A stretch of 64,000 nt of DNA from Bdellovibrionales bacterium (GCA_965199825.1 OZ241329.1:736001-800000), one strand, 5' to 3'; counted from the first letter of the stretch, positions 27,532 to 38,004 are shown. Made by a program: numbers and translations. Notes: generated from the sequence alone by a model not told the origin.

Positions 27532-30186
27532 TTATTGCGGAAATGAAGCGGGCTTCGCCTGCGGTCCTTGGTCCGAAGCTAAGGGTAAAAACCCGATGGC
27601 AGCGTACACTGGCGAGTTCGAGGGCATCGCATAATTGCCGATCGCAGCCCCTGAGAAGCCCGGATTTACAAACGACGGTGAACTATCCACAATTGGATTT
27701 GTGTTCGCAATCGCAGTCCCTTGGGCAGAAAAATAATTGTTCTGCGAAACATTTGGCAGGGCTGATCCACCTTGAGTCATCACCGTAGACCACAGTGCAG
27801 CGGGTGCAGGGTTTGCGAAGTAAACAATATTTTTCTGAAACGTGTTCGAGTTCATTCCATAACTTCCGAACTCAGGATCATCTTGGTAAAGACCAATCAA
27901 CGAGCCCGATGAAAGATCTAAAATATTGTTGGTAAAGGTATTATGATCCCCACCGTGATATTGAAGAGCCGTTTGCCCGCAGACGCGGCAGGTATTGCCA
28001 GCGACTTTGACGTTCGAAGTTTGATCATCGAGATAAATAGAATGAGTATTAGTTGTGAGCGACCCTCTTCCTACAGTGTCTATAATATTATTTGTAATCT
28101 GATAGCCTGTCGCTAAATGTGTGCGGTCCAAAATATAAATCGCGCCTGAGTCATCCGACACCGTGAGCGTATTCACAATGCGGTTGCGATCGATCACGTT
28201 ATTGGTGCTTGTCTCTTGCGAACCGGTTCCGGCCGCAAAGCTAATTCCAGGTCCACCAAAATTTTGGATAAAATTATGTGTAACGGTTGAGTTGGTAATA
28301 TGAAAGCTCATAAAGACCGCTGCGAGATAGGTCCCATTGCCGCCGCCGCCATTGAAGGTATTGCTATCAACCGTAATTTTGTCGCAGTAGTAATTGGCCT
28401 TTACGCAGTTGGTGGTGCAATTCAAAAAATTATTCCATCGCACAGTCACGTTATTTGCGGCCACAATAGAAAGACCAATGCCGACATTTTGAATGGTGAG
28501 ATTTTCGATAACCATGTTGTTTGCGCCATTAAAAATCACTCCACCATTTCCGCCGCCGTCAAGAATCGCGGTCTCGCCCGCAAAACCGACCCAAGATTGT
28601 CCGCTATCGGCGCTCGAGAGTGTAAAGCTATTCGCAACCGAAAAAGTTCCTCCGCGCAAAGTCGCAACTTTAATGCTTGAGGATTCCATCGCAGCTTGAG
28701 CTTTTGCCAAAGTTTTGAAGGGTGAGTTGATTGAGCCTGGGTTTGAATCATTTCCGCTGGTCGAAACATAGTAACTTGGGATCGAAGACACAACGGGTGG
28801 AGGGGCAACGACAGGGGGTTGTGTAATGACCGGAGGTGAAGTTGAAACGGGCGTTCTTACCGGCGTCGAGTCGCCAATGGGGGTTGCCGCATATAAACTT
28901 TCGCTGTTTGGTCCAACGATTTTCATAAAAGGTGAAGAACTCATAAAATAAAGTGTCGATCCACTATGTCCGCTTGAGTTGGTCGCCCAAAACGGCTGTC
29001 CATTTTTGTAAGTCACCAAATTGCCATCAGCTTGAAATGTGATATTACATCCGCCACTCACACAACTTGACGAGCTGCTCGACGCCCACAAGGCTGCGCC
29101 CGTGCTCGTCTTATAAGCCACAAAATTTCCATCGGTTTGAAGGGTAAAGTAGACTTCTCCTACCGTTACGCGGTTTCCAGAAAGAAGATTAAATTGACCA
29201 CCAACATAAGTGACCTGACTGGAGCTCGAAGACGGTGGAGTGACAACCACAGGAGCAGGCGATGGTGTTGGGGTAGGAGTTGGCGTAGGTGCGGGCAAGG
29301 GTACAACCGGAGTCGACACAACTGGTGATGAGACCAAAGGCGTTCCAGTAAATAGATTCTCTTTATATGGCCCGACTATTTTAATGTATGGCGCTGAGCT
29401 TGATAAAAAGAGGGTTGAGCCTGCATGTCCACTCGAATTGGTCGACCAAAGAGGTTGGCCGTTATTGTAAATCACCAAATTTCCATCTGCTTGAAATGTC
29501 ACTTTACAGATTCCGTTAGCGCAGCCCGATGAAGTTCCAGTTTCCCAAACTTTTGCACCGCTGCTGTCTACCGCAATAAAGTTTCCATCAACCTGCATTT
29601 TGAATGTGACGTTGCCAATACTGCGACTTGCGCCCGACACCAAATCAAATTGACCACCTAAAAAATTTTGATCTGCCGAAGACACCGACGCCACCGTACT
29701 AATAGCAAGAGTTCCAACATAAAGGTTGCGGTCTTCGGGAGCGTCGTAAGCATCATTGGTAAACCCAATTGCGACAACATGATTGCCCGAACTAATCTGA
29801 GAATTGATTTGGTAATGAGATAAAGATGTCGAGTTCACATTAAAGCTTTGCACAACAATTCCATCAACCAAAATTTGCATGATGGGCCAAACGCCGCGAT
29901 CAACCGAACCAAATGCGGTGACATCTAAAAGATAATTAGCAGCCTTAGGAAAATTGACAGAACTTGAAACTGTGCCGTTGGACCACAAATTAAAAGTTCC
30001 ATCACCATTCGCCGCACCCGTTGTTGCAGACATATCAATAGCTCGCACCGTTGCAACCGGTGTGGGCGATGAGGCGAGCTGTGAGGCATTCACATTTGCG
30101 CCACCCAATGGGTCTGAGGACTTGGCCGTACAGCCAGTAAATAGAAACAAACATGAGACGGCCAAAACAAACATGGATTGAGTCAT
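27532..30186 (-). CDS. Lipoprotein: CBM60-like module, two B-lectin domains, Pro/Thr linkers and a right-handed beta-helix (pectin-lyase fold)
   Basis: Lipobox LFTGC; FTNDAY...DRNLYV; four QxDGNxV motifs; PTPTPTP; YYVSTSGNDSNPGS...PFKTL; DSGAIY, IYLDD. Confidence 0.78.
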   Translation of the reverse strand: MTQSMFVLAVSCLFLFTGCTAKSSDPLGGANVNASQLASSPTPVATVRAIDMSATTGAANGDGTFNLWSNGTVSSSVNFPKAANYLLDVTAFGSVDRGVWPIMQILVDGIVVQSFNVNSTSLSHYQINSQISSGNHVVAIGFTNDAYDAPEDRNLYVGTLAISTVASVSSADQNFLGGQFDLVSGASRSIGNVTFKMQVDGNFIAVDSSGAKVWETGTSSGCANGICKVTFQADGNLVIYNNGQPLWSTNSSGHAGSTLFLSSSAPYIKIVGPYKENLFTGTPLVSSPVVSTPVVPLPAPTPTPTPTPSPAPVVVTPPSSSSSQVTYVGGQFNLLSGNRVTVGEVYFTLQTDGNFVAYKTSTGAALWASSSSSSCVSGGCNITFQADGNLVTYKNGQPFWATNSSGHSGSTLYFMSSSPFMKIVGPNSESLYAATPIGDSTPVRTPVSTSPPVITQPPVVAPPPVVSSIPSYYVSTSGNDSNPGSINSPFKTLAKAQAAMESSSIKVATLRGGTFSVANSFTLSSADSGQSWVGFAGETAILDGGGNGGVIFNGANNMVIENLTIQNVGIGLSIVAANNVTVRWNNFLNCTTNCVKANYYCDKITVDSNTFNGGGGNGTYLAAVFMSFHITNSTVTHNFIQNFGGPGISFAAGTGSQETSTNNVIDRNRIVNTLTVSDDSGAIYILDRTHLATGYQITNNIIDTVGRGSLTTNTHSIYLDDQTSNVKVAGNTCRVCGQTALQYHGGDHNTFTNNILDLSSGSLIGLYQDDPEFGSYGMNSNTFQKNIVYFANPAPAALWSTVMTQGGSALPNVSQNNYFSAQGTAIANTNPIVDSSPSFVNPGFSGAAIGNYAMPSNSPVYAAIGFLPLASDQGPQAKPASFPQ

Positions 30187-30319
30187 ATCTTATTAGTGTA
30201 GGCCGATTGTTTAGAAGTACAAATCTAAACCAACATCTTGGGTCAAGGTGAAGCGTCTTATAATGGAACATTGACTTTCATACTGGATTTCAATCTCATG
30301 AAGTGACGGAGGCCTCTCA

Positions 30320-32050
30320 ATGTTTTCCAATAAGTGTTTTGTTTTAGTTATTTGGGCGAGCTTATGCGCATGCGGGAAGTTAAGCGCAGTAGGCACAAGC
30401 TCAACTTCTTCACTGCCCTCCGTCTCGATTGCCAATGCCTCTACCGCCCAGGGTTCAAATTTGATTTTTCCGGTCACCCTCTCAGCGGTCTCGTCTCAAG
30501 ATGTAACGATCAATTTTCAAATTAATCCAGGAACTGCAGCGGCTGGAGTTCAATACACCGACACCAGTGGAACCGCCACCATACCCCATGGTCTGCTTTC
30601 CACAACGATTTCGGTGCCCACATTAGAAGACGGAATAGACAAGGTCTCGAGTTCGTTTTCGATCACCTTAAATTCAGCGACTCATGCCAGTGTCGCCAGC
30701 GCAACTGCAACCGGAACAATCAATGATGCCACTCTGCTATTCAATTTTATGGTCCCTACCCTCTCAAGCTCTCTTCAATTTTCTAGGTCATCAACAGCTT
30801 TTGTTTATAACAGTTCGGGTATCCTGACTTCGGTTGCGGCAGATACACCCCGATTTAGTTACGATCCCACAACTCATGCGTTGCGAGGGCTATTGATCGA
30901 ACGCAATTCAAGCAATCAGGTGTTTTACAGCGAAGACTTTAGTCAATCTAATTGGGCAAAAACCAGTTCGACAGTGGTTGCAAACTCCGTCACTACACCT
31001 ACTTTATCCACAAACAGTTTAGATCTCACCGAAAGTAATTCGTCTGCGGTTCATTCTTTATCACAAGTGGGTCTGTCCTACACAGCGGTCCACCCCATTA
31101 CTGCCTCTATTTTTGCTAAAGCGGGTGCACGCACCAAATTACGATTGCGCGTGAGCGATGGTACAAACGGGTTTTACTACGACTGCGATCTCTCGGCCAC
31201 TGTGACGATAACCACCTCCTCTGTGCCGGCAGTTGAAGGCTCAGTACTTGCCTCCGGCACCAGTGGATCCCTCTCAACACTAAAAACTGCGGGCGTTGCA
31301 GGCGGCGCAGGAACGATCGATGCAGGCTCAGGGTGGAGACGGTGTTGGGTCTCCGGGGTGATGCCAACGAGTGATGTGGGAACCAATAATGTTTTGATGA
31401 AAGTTTCAATCGTCAACGGCTCATCCGAATCTTACCTAGGTGATGGGACTTCAAGTCTCACCCTGTGGGGCGCACAATATGAAGAGTATCTTTCTATTCC
31501 CACCAGTTATATTCCGACCGCGGCAACCAGCGGAATTTCGCGCAGTGCCGATATCTTAACTGTTGCACCACTTGGCAGCTGGTACAGCGCTGGTGATTTT
31601 ACCGCAAATGTCAGTTATATGCGGCGCTGGTTTGAAAAGCCCTACGATCCAAACCTCGGAGTCTCAACTTACCCAACCGCATTTTTATTTTACAACGCAG
31701 GCTCGTTGAGCAATCGGTTTGGTCCACAGTATTCGAGCGATGGAACAAATATTTTGTTTAATTGGTTTACCGGTTCAAGCTTCGTCACGGGTGCAAACAC
31801 TGCGGCAAACCAAAACGTTCAGGGACAGACCTATAAAGTGGGTGTGAAACGTTCGGCTTCAGCAATCAGCATTGCTGTAGGTGGAAGCGCACCAAGTGTT
31901 GCGAGCGGATCGGTCACCTCGAACAGCGTCGATACACTGGGGCTTGGAAATACTTCGGCCAATGGCGATGGACTCAATGGATACTTGCAGCGCTTTTCCT
32001 ATCGGCCAAGGGCAGTACCAGACACCCAGTTTAGCGCTTTAACTCAATAA
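30320..32050 (+). CDS. Lipoprotein: Calx-beta domain plus phage spike/fibre-type LamG-like region
   Basis: LCACG; F.VTLS..S...VT....GTA.AG..Y....GT.TIP (Calx-beta); FSRSSTA...PRF.YDP...GLLIE..SSN, WGAQYEE, PTSYIPT...RSAD. Confidence 0.7.
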   Translation: MFSNKCFVLVIWASLCACGKLSAVGTSSTSSLPSVSIANASTAQGSNLIFPVTLSAVSSQDVTINFQINPGTAAAGVQYTDTSGTATIPHGLLSTTISVPTLEDGIDKVSSSFSITLNSATHASVASATATGTINDATLLFNFMVPTLSSSLQFSRSSTAFVYNSSGILTSVAADTPRFSYDPTTHALRGLLIERNSSNQVFYSEDFSQSNWAKTSSTVVANSVTTPTLSTNSLDLTESNSSAVHSLSQVGLSYTAVHPITASIFAKAGARTKLRLRVSDGTNGFYYDCDLSATVTITTSSVPAVEGSVLASGTSGSLSTLKTAGVAGGAGTIDAGSGWRRCWVSGVMPTSDVGTNNVLMKVSIVNGSSESYLGDGTSSLTLWGAQYEEYLSIPTSYIPTAATSGISRSADILTVAPLGSWYSAGDFTANVSYMRRWFEKPYDPNLGVSTYPTAFLFYNAGSLSNRFGPQYSSDGTNILFNWFTGSSFVTGANTAANQNVQGQTYKVGVKRSASAISIAVGGSAPSVASGSVTSNSVDTLGLGNTSANGDGLNGYLQRFSYRPRAVPDTQFSALTQ

Positions 32051-32287
32051 ACTGTTTCGATTTAAGACGTCGAATTCTACTACAAAAAAAGAACTTTCCG
32101 CCTTTAAAACTGAACTCTTTAAAACCAAAAAGGCTTGTGTTCCTTAAGAGTTCAGCCGGAATCAAAACGCAAACTATCAAACAACTAAACATATTTTTTT
32201 GATAACAGTTCCAAATTCAACACCGCCGACCAACACAGCTTAAGTGCTTGATCAAAGGAGCGGTATCGAGATTGCTCAGTCAAGGAC

Positions 32288-33034
32288 ATGAGCAAAACTA
32301 TTTTTATTCAGAGCTTGTCTCTTTTGGCATTAATTCTTTCGACTCAAGCTTGCTCGAAAGTAAATTTCAATACAGGTCAAAATGGCAGCGCAGACAGCCT
32401 TGCGATTTCAACCCCACTCTCTCAAACCGACAACTCCTCAGGTTCGGCACCACAAATCACTCCACCTTCTGCTGATCCTTTTCCAGCAGACGGTCAGTTT
32501 GCCGAATGCTTTTATCAATTTCAGTTTTCACATGACCCGGTTGCATTTTTAAATCCAAGAAATGTGCAAAATTTTGATGCGGAATTTATTAATCTGATCC
32601 AAAACGCCAACTCCGATATTGATGTCAAATCAAAAGAGTTGGACCAAGTGAATTCGGTTGAAGGCAATGTGGTTTTTGATTCGCAAGAAGTAGGTTTAAT
32701 CAGCGATGTGGCAAAGTCGGTCACAGGATCTGCCGAATGCATTACCCAAATCCAGAATGTTGCAAAAGATGTGAGCGTTTCAAACCAAAACTTAAAATCG
32801 GGTGAAATTGGTCAAATTCATAATGTCGAAGGCAATGTGGTCGTAAACAATTTTAATGTAAACAACATCCACGATATCCAAGGCTCACTCGCATTAAATA
32901 ACAGCAACGTGATCGAGCTTGCAAACGTTGAAGGCGACGTCATCTTAACAAACGTTCGAGTGCGCTACTTGCATAACGTCAAAGGCCATATCAGTTTGAT
33001 CAATTCTGTAGTGGAGCAAAGTGATCAAAATTAA
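32288..33034 (+). CDS. Lipoprotein with a beta-solenoid-like repeat region
   Basis: Lipobox STQAC; repeated [IL]xNV[EK]G[ND]V units. Confidence 0.65.
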   Translation: MSKTIFIQSLSLLALILSTQACSKVNFNTGQNGSADSLAISTPLSQTDNSSGSAPQITPPSADPFPADGQFAECFYQFQFSHDPVAFLNPRNVQNFDAEFINLIQNANSDIDVKSKELDQVNSVEGNVVFDSQEVGLISDVAKSVTGSAECITQIQNVAKDVSVSNQNLKSGEIGQIHNVEGNVVVNNFNVNNIHDIQGSLALNNSNVIELANVEGDVILTNVRVRYLHNVKGHISLINSVVEQSDQN

Positions 33035-34218
33035 TCTTTGCGAAACCAGATCTCGGTTAAAAAATAAATAAATCCAACAGTCGGCAATGCCGACCCGACG
33101 ATTGAAGTGAGCGCCCAACCACCCTTATCAAAAGACCAGGCTCCGATAAATGAACCAAAGGCTCCACCCACAAAAATCACAGCAATATACAAACTGTTAA
33201 GTCGAGCCCGCAGTTCAGCAGGAAGAGCAAAGATCTCGCGCTGACCCAATACAAGGTTTGCACTCACACCCGCATCAAGTAACACCGCACCCAGCGTGAG
33301 AAGTCCGATGGAAGTTGGTGTGCCGAGACTTGAAAATCGAGTGAGCAAAAAAGAAATCGCTCCAGCTAAGAATGCACAGGCTGTTGCCCGATCTGTTTTA
33401 CCTCGATCGGCCATGCGACCAACGATCGGAGCTGACACCGCACCCGTCACTCCTACAAGTGCGAATACCGCAATTGCTGTTTGTGAAAAATGAAAGTCGG
33501 GACCCAAAAGCAAAAGCGGCACCGCGGTCCAAAACAAACAAAACGATGAAAACATGCAAGCCTGATAAATCGCGCGACGCCGAAGCACCGGATACTTCCA
33601 CAAGAGGGTCGACATGGATTTAAGGAGATCAATATATTTTAGTGACAAAGCTTGTGGCTGCCTTGGCGGCAAAACAAAATAGAGAACCCCAAAAAGTAAA
33701 ATCATGAGTGCTGTAGAAAAATAAAATACCGAATGCCACGAGACCAGGTCAGTTAAAAAACCCGCGATAGGGCGAGAAAGCATGATCCCAATCATCAGCC
33801 CACTCATTAGATTGCCAACCACCTGCCCGCGAATTTGTGGCGGCGAAAAGTGGGTGGCATAAGGAACAATGATTTGGATCGCCGAGACCCCCACCCCTAA
33901 AAAAAATGCCGCCATAAAATAAGTCACAACTTGGGTTGAAAATCCGATCGCCACCAAAGCAAACGTTGCCACACCGATCAGCGATAAGATCACCCGTCGA
34001 TTTTCGACAAGATCGGCGAGCGGCACCAAAAATAAAACTCCGCAACCATAGCCAATTTGTGTGAGGGTCACCACTAAGCCTGCAGACGACAATTCGAGCG
34101 CAAGAGATTTGGCAATCATCGCGGTCAGAGGCTGAGCGTAATACAGATTCGCCGCAAGGATACCCACACTCACTCCTAAAAGGAGATTGAGTTTTTTAGA
34201 CAGATTTTGATTATTCAT
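33031..34218 (-). CDS. MFS transporter
   Basis: ANLYYAQP, TQIGYG, PLADLVENRR, RGQVVGNLMSG, RARLNSLY; about 12 TM segments. Confidence 0.93.
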   Translation of the reverse strand: MNNQNLSKKLNLLLGVSVGILAANLYYAQPLTAMIAKSLALELSSAGLVVTLTQIGYGCGVLFLVPLADLVENRRVILSLIGVATFALVAIGFSTQVVTYFMAAFFLGVGVSAIQIIVPYATHFSPPQIRGQVVGNLMSGLMIGIMLSRPIAGFLTDLVSWHSVFYFSTALMILLFGVLYFVLPPRQPQALSLKYIDLLKSMSTLLWKYPVLRRRAIYQACMFSSFCLFWTAVPLLLLGPDFHFSQTAIAVFALVGVTGAVSAPIVGRMADRGKTDRATACAFLAGAISFLLTRFSSLGTPTSIGLLTLGAVLLDAGVSANLVLGQREIFALPAELRARLNSLYIAVIFVGGAFGSFIGAWSFDKGGWALTSIVGSALPTVGFIYFLTEIWFRKD

Positions 34219-34268
34219 ATTGGAAGACCTTAGTCTTTAACGATGCCGAGGGCAAGATTGCGATCTGT

Positions 34269-34997
34269 TTAGTTGAGCTTTTGTCCACTTAACAAAATCT
34301 GACAACCAATCTCCTTGCCGCCTTTTTTCAGCGATGGCAAATGGGTTTCAAAATTTTTAAAATAAGCATTTGCCTCTAAGTGCTGAACTTTTAGTATTGA
34401 TCCTAAATATAACAGAATGGTGTAACCAATGCTTTGTGCGGGTGATATCGCTAAGCCTTCAATAGTGAGATAAAGGGCTTTGATTTGCCAATTCTCCCGA
34501 CGACTTCTTAAAATATTTTTAACAAGATCAAATATTTTTAAAGCGTTTTGGTTGTCTGCATTGTGACCGGTCGACCAAACCCCTCGCTCAAGTTTTTGTC
34601 TTAAAACGAGTTCGTTAAAAACTTCAAGCTCGTCGTCCGAATGCTCGGCTCCGATATTGAATATCCCACGCAATGCTAAAAGATCAAATTTTTCAAAAGG
34701 GACAACGGAATCGTCCAGCGCAAACGCGCGCTGGAAATTAAGAAATGCTTCTAAATAAAATTTATTGTGTAGAGCGTTCCATCCAATTACCGACGAGGTT
34801 TCTCTCATCAAACTCTGTCCCTGACGTCTGGTTTCTGGAATATCCAAGAAGCCCCGGCCCTTTTCGAGATCATAATGGAGTTGATCAAGCTCCATTCGGT
34901 ACTCCGTCGAACATTTAGGACCATGCCACCAGGGTTGCGCAGCGGCCGAAAGACTAAAAAAACTAACAAACAAAAATGATTTAAGCTGTAGCTTCAC
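34269..34997 (-). CDS. Hypothetical secreted protein
   Basis: Signal peptide; start overlaps the end of the upstream MFS gene; C-terminal GCQILL. Confidence 0.7.
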   Translation of the reverse strand: MKLQLKSFLFVSFFSLSAAAQPWWHGPKCSTEYRMELDQLHYDLEKGRGFLDIPETRRQGQSLMRETSSVIGWNALHNKFYLEAFLNFQRAFALDDSVVPFEKFDLLALRGIFNIGAEHSDDELEVFNELVLRQKLERGVWSTGHNADNQNALKIFDLVKNILRSRRENWQIKALYLTIEGLAISPAQSIGYTILLYLGSILKVQHLEANAYFKNFETHLPSLKKGGKEIGCQILLSGQKLN

Positions 34998-36156
34998 TTT
35001 TTGTCTCTTTAAAAATGGTTAGAAACATTGTAGCTCCAAGGGATGCCAATCCTGCGAGAATAAAAAAGGTGGTGGTAAAACCTAAATTTTCGGTACCAAA
35101 CCCTTGTGCTAATGGACCAATAAAACTTCCCATCGCAAGCATCGTTTGGGCAAGCCCCATCAAGGTATTAAAGCCGCCCTTTCCTTTTGTAAGGTCATGA
35201 GCAATCAGGGCAATCACAACTCCATAAATTCCAGAGCCAATCCCATCAAGGGCTTGAATTGCGATCAATGCGGTTTGATTCGAGGTCAATGCGGTAAGAA
35301 TAATTCGTACAGGAAGGGCAAAAAATCCGATCAAAAATAAATTCTTACGCCCCATTGTGTCGCCATATTTACCTGCGAGCAAAGCCACCGGAATCATCAC
35401 ACCCTGCGAAATTAAAATTGCCACACCCGCGAGATTGTCATTACCGCCTAGTTTTTTGATGTAGAGGCCAACCATTGGAAGGATTGGCGCATTGGCCGCA
35501 TGAAAACAAAAAACACAACCGAGCAAAATCAAAACCTGTGGATTTTTAAGAGGGTTTGCTGGTTTTGTTTCAGAGTCGGCTTGTTTTTTTGTTGGATTGA
35601 GATCACCACTTTTGATCATGCTCAATGCGAGTGCCGCAATCACAGAAGAAAATGCGGTGGTATAAAAAATGGCTTCTGTCCCAATGAGTTGAACAATTGC
35701 TAAAGCAAAAAGTGCCACAACAATTTTGCCCGCATGATTCCAGGCCTGATTCATTCCTGTTATTGCAGAAAATCGTTTGGGTCCTACGAGCGCCATAGCA
35801 AGAGTCGCTAAAAGCGGCATGTAAAACGCACTGCTTGCACCTGCTGTAAACATTAATGATTTAATCATCCAAGGGGTTTTGGTGAGTGGCAGCAAAACAA
35901 TGCTTGCTCCGGTTAGAAGCGACATTCCGGCTAATAGACCTCGATGCGCTTTTACCAAATCACAAATGTAGCCCGCGGGGGCTTGAAAAAATAAAATGCC
36001 AAGACCAGCCATTGCGGCGGCAACGCCGACTTCGCTGTAGCTCCAGCCTAAACCTTTAAGATAAACAGCTAAAAAGGGTGTAACCACAGCGGCGATTTCG
36101 GCGAGAAAAAAATTAGTTGCGTTAAGTGCGACAAGACTTTGTTTTGATGTAGACAT
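34981..36156 (-). CDS. MFS transporter
   Basis: LNATNFFLA, NQAWNHAG, FHAANAPILP, GRK, QALDGIG, FN. Confidence 0.92.
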   Translation of the reverse strand: MSTSKQSLVALNATNFFLAEIAAVVTPFLAVYLKGLGWSYSEVGVAAAMAGLGILFFQAPAGYICDLVKAHRGLLAGMSLLTGASIVLLPLTKTPWMIKSLMFTAGASSAFYMPLLATLAMALVGPKRFSAITGMNQAWNHAGKIVVALFALAIVQLIGTEAIFYTTAFSSVIAALALSMIKSGDLNPTKKQADSETKPANPLKNPQVLILLGCVFCFHAANAPILPMVGLYIKKLGGNDNLAGVAILISQGVMIPVALLAGKYGDTMGRKNLFLIGFFALPVRIILTALTSNQTALIAIQALDGIGSGIYGVVIALIAHDLTKGKGGFNTLMGLAQTMLAMGSFIGPLAQGFGTENLGFTTTFFILAGLASLGATMFLTIFKETKSEATA

Positions 36157-36232
36157 GAGTTTACGTACTACAGAAGCGTATCAATAGCTTCTGCAAATTC
36201 ATGCCATGAAAAAACAATTAAAGGTGCCAGCT

Positions 36233-37402
36233 TTAATTCTTAATTACAAATTTCACACACTTATCTTGTTTCTTTTGCCACATTTCATAGGCATTGGCGG
36301 CCTCATCGATTCCAATTCTATGTGTGATCAAAAAAGTGGGATCAATTTTATCTTCAAGAATCAAATCCAAAAGTGGCTTCATGTACTTTTGCATATGGGT
36401 TTGACCCATTTTAAAAGTGAGACCTTTTGCCATTGCCGCACCAAAAGGCATTTTATCAAGCAGGCCACCATAGACTCCAGGGATTGAAACGGTTCCACCT
36501 TTGCGACAAGCAAGCATTGCTTGGCGGAGCGCAATGGGACGATCCGTCTCCATCATCAACATCGTTTTTGCTTTGTCATAAGCCACTTGCACACCCGTTC
36601 CATGAGCTTCCATTCCAACAGCATCGATACAACTGTCTGGACCACGCCCACCAGTTCGAGATCTCAGTTCGTCAAGCACATCGAGTTCTTCATAATTGAT
36701 AGTTTCAGCACCACAGTAAGTTTCGGCCATCTGAAGGCGCTCGGGAAATCGATCGATCGCAATCACTTTTTCTGCACCCAAAAGATAAGCACTTTTAATG
36801 GCGAATAATCCAACCGGACCGCAACCCCAAACTGCCACGGTGTCGCCACGTTTTATTTTGCAGTTTTCGGCAGCCATATATCCCGTAGGAAAAATATCAC
36901 TTAAGAATAAAACTTTTTCGTCTTCAATATCGCGCGGGACTTGTAAAGGTCCAACATCGGCATAAGGAACCCTTGCGTATTCGGCTTGGCCACCAGCATA
37001 TCCACCATAAAGATGTGAAAATCCAAACAGCCCTGCAGTGGATGCTCCGTTTGCTGTCTCGCAAAGCTCAGCATTTGGGTTGCTGTTATCACACAATGAG
37101 TACTCATCTTGTGAACAATGGTAGCAGCTGCCACAAGACAGTGTGAAAGGGACCACCACTTTATCGCCCACTTTTAATTTTTTAACATCCTTTGCGACTT
37201 CAACAACTTCACCCATAAACTCGTGACCAAGAATATCGCCTTTTTTCATCGTCGGTACAAATCCACCATACAAATGAAGGTCAGATCCACAAATTGCGGT
37301 GGTGGTAATCCGGATAATCGCATCCCCATGAGCCAAGATTCTTGGCTCTGGTACATTTTCGACTTTAAGACTGCGAGTCCCCTGCCATGTTACTGCTCTC
37401 AT
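36233..37402 (-). CDS. Zn-dependent alcohol/formaldehyde dehydrogenase (YbdR/FdhA-like)
   Basis: ICGSDLH, GHEFMG, CGSCYHC...[21 protein letters not shown]. Confidence 0.95.
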   Translation of the reverse strand: MRAVTWQGTRSLKVENVPEPRILAHGDAIIRITTTAICGSDLHLYGGFVPTMKKGDILGHEFMGEVVEVAKDVKKLKVGDKVVVPFTLSCGSCYHCSQDEYSLCDNSNPNAELCETANGASTAGLFGFSHLYGGYAGGQAEYARVPYADVGPLQVPRDIEDEKVLFLSDIFPTGYMAAENCKIKRGDTVAVWGCGPVGLFAIKSAYLLGAEKVIAIDRFPERLQMAETYCGAETINYEELDVLDELRSRTGGRGPDSCIDAVGMEAHGTGVQVAYDKAKTMLMMETDRPIALRQAMLACRKGGTVSIPGVYGGLLDKMPFGAAMAKGLTFKMGQTHMQKYMKPLLDLILEDKIDPTFLITHRIGIDEAANAYEMWQKKQDKCVKFVIKN

Positions 37403-37411
37403 AAAATCTCC

Positions 37412-37960
37412 TTAGTGGGTGTAGTTTTGGCCACCACGAGGTTGGCCTTCTGTTGTTGCGATAAATCCGACTTCCATTAATGCTTTTAATCGTCTTAAAT
37501 CTCTCTTCACCACTTGCTGGGGGGATTCGTTCAATATTTTTTCGATAAAATTTGTGACAACTCCACCTGGAGGTTGATAGGTGCCTGTGACACAGACGTC
37601 TGTGCCGCGACCGAAGCTTAATTCTTTAAAAGTCACATCGCCCACATGAGCTACAGTTGAGCCCTCGAGCGATTTCCAAGCAATCAATGATCCTGGAATA
37701 TCTTGAATGATTTCGCTTTCCCACGTCACACCAATTTGACCCTTGAGAGCAGACCAACTCCAGTTCGACGTTTTATCGTCACGAACTATAATTGATGAAA
37801 GATGCGACATAAACTGGGGAAGATTTTTTTGATCGCGCCAAAATTTATAAATCTTTTCGGCCGAGGCAAGTATGGTCAGTGTACTTTGAAACTGAATTCC
37901 ATTTTTTATCTCTTCTGTGAGCCTTGCAGTTTGATCAGACTTTGCGGATTGCTGTTGCAT
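37412..37960 (-). CDS. SRPBCC (cyclase/dehydrase) family protein
   Basis: YKFWRD..NLPQFMSHL, WESEI, IAWKS, YQPPGG, DLRRLKALMEVG.I.TTEGQ. Confidence 0.9.
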   Translation of the reverse strand: MQQQSAKSDQTARLTEEIKNGIQFQSTLTILASAEKIYKFWRDQKNLPQFMSHLSSIIVRDDKTSNWSWSALKGQIGVTWESEIIQDIPGSLIAWKSLEGSTVAHVGDVTFKELSFGRGTDVCVTGTYQPPGGVVTNFIEKILNESPQQVVKRDLRRLKALMEVGFIATTEGQPRGGQNYTH

Positions 37961-37988
37961 GATGAAGCTCCTTTTTAATATTCATTGC

Positions 37989-38004
37989 TGCAATGAGAGA
38001 GCCA
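37989..38004 (-). promoter_or_regulatory. Putative sigma54 -24/-12 promoter of the SRPBCC-dehydrogenase operon
   Basis: TGGCTC-TCTCA-TTGCA on the minus strand; AAGGAG RBS just downstream of the predicted start site. Confidence 0.55.

Noticed and set aside
30211..30477. 88-aa minus-strand ORF
   Set aside because: Largely antisense to the Calx-beta lipoprotein start; no RBS or motif support.
32261..32276. Sigma54-like CGGTAT-N5-TTGCT
   Set aside because: The predicted start site would fall downstream of the apparent RBS, and the match is weak.
14995..33034. Integrated genomic island or prophage at tRNA-Ser
   Set aside because: No integrase, no duplicated tRNA 3' end that I could find, and housekeeping-type genes (cryptochrome, YkgJ, MAPEG) are interspersed.
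36192..36206. Sigma54 promoter upstream of the MFS gene
   Set aside because: TGGCATGAATTTGCA has spacing one base short of -24/-12.
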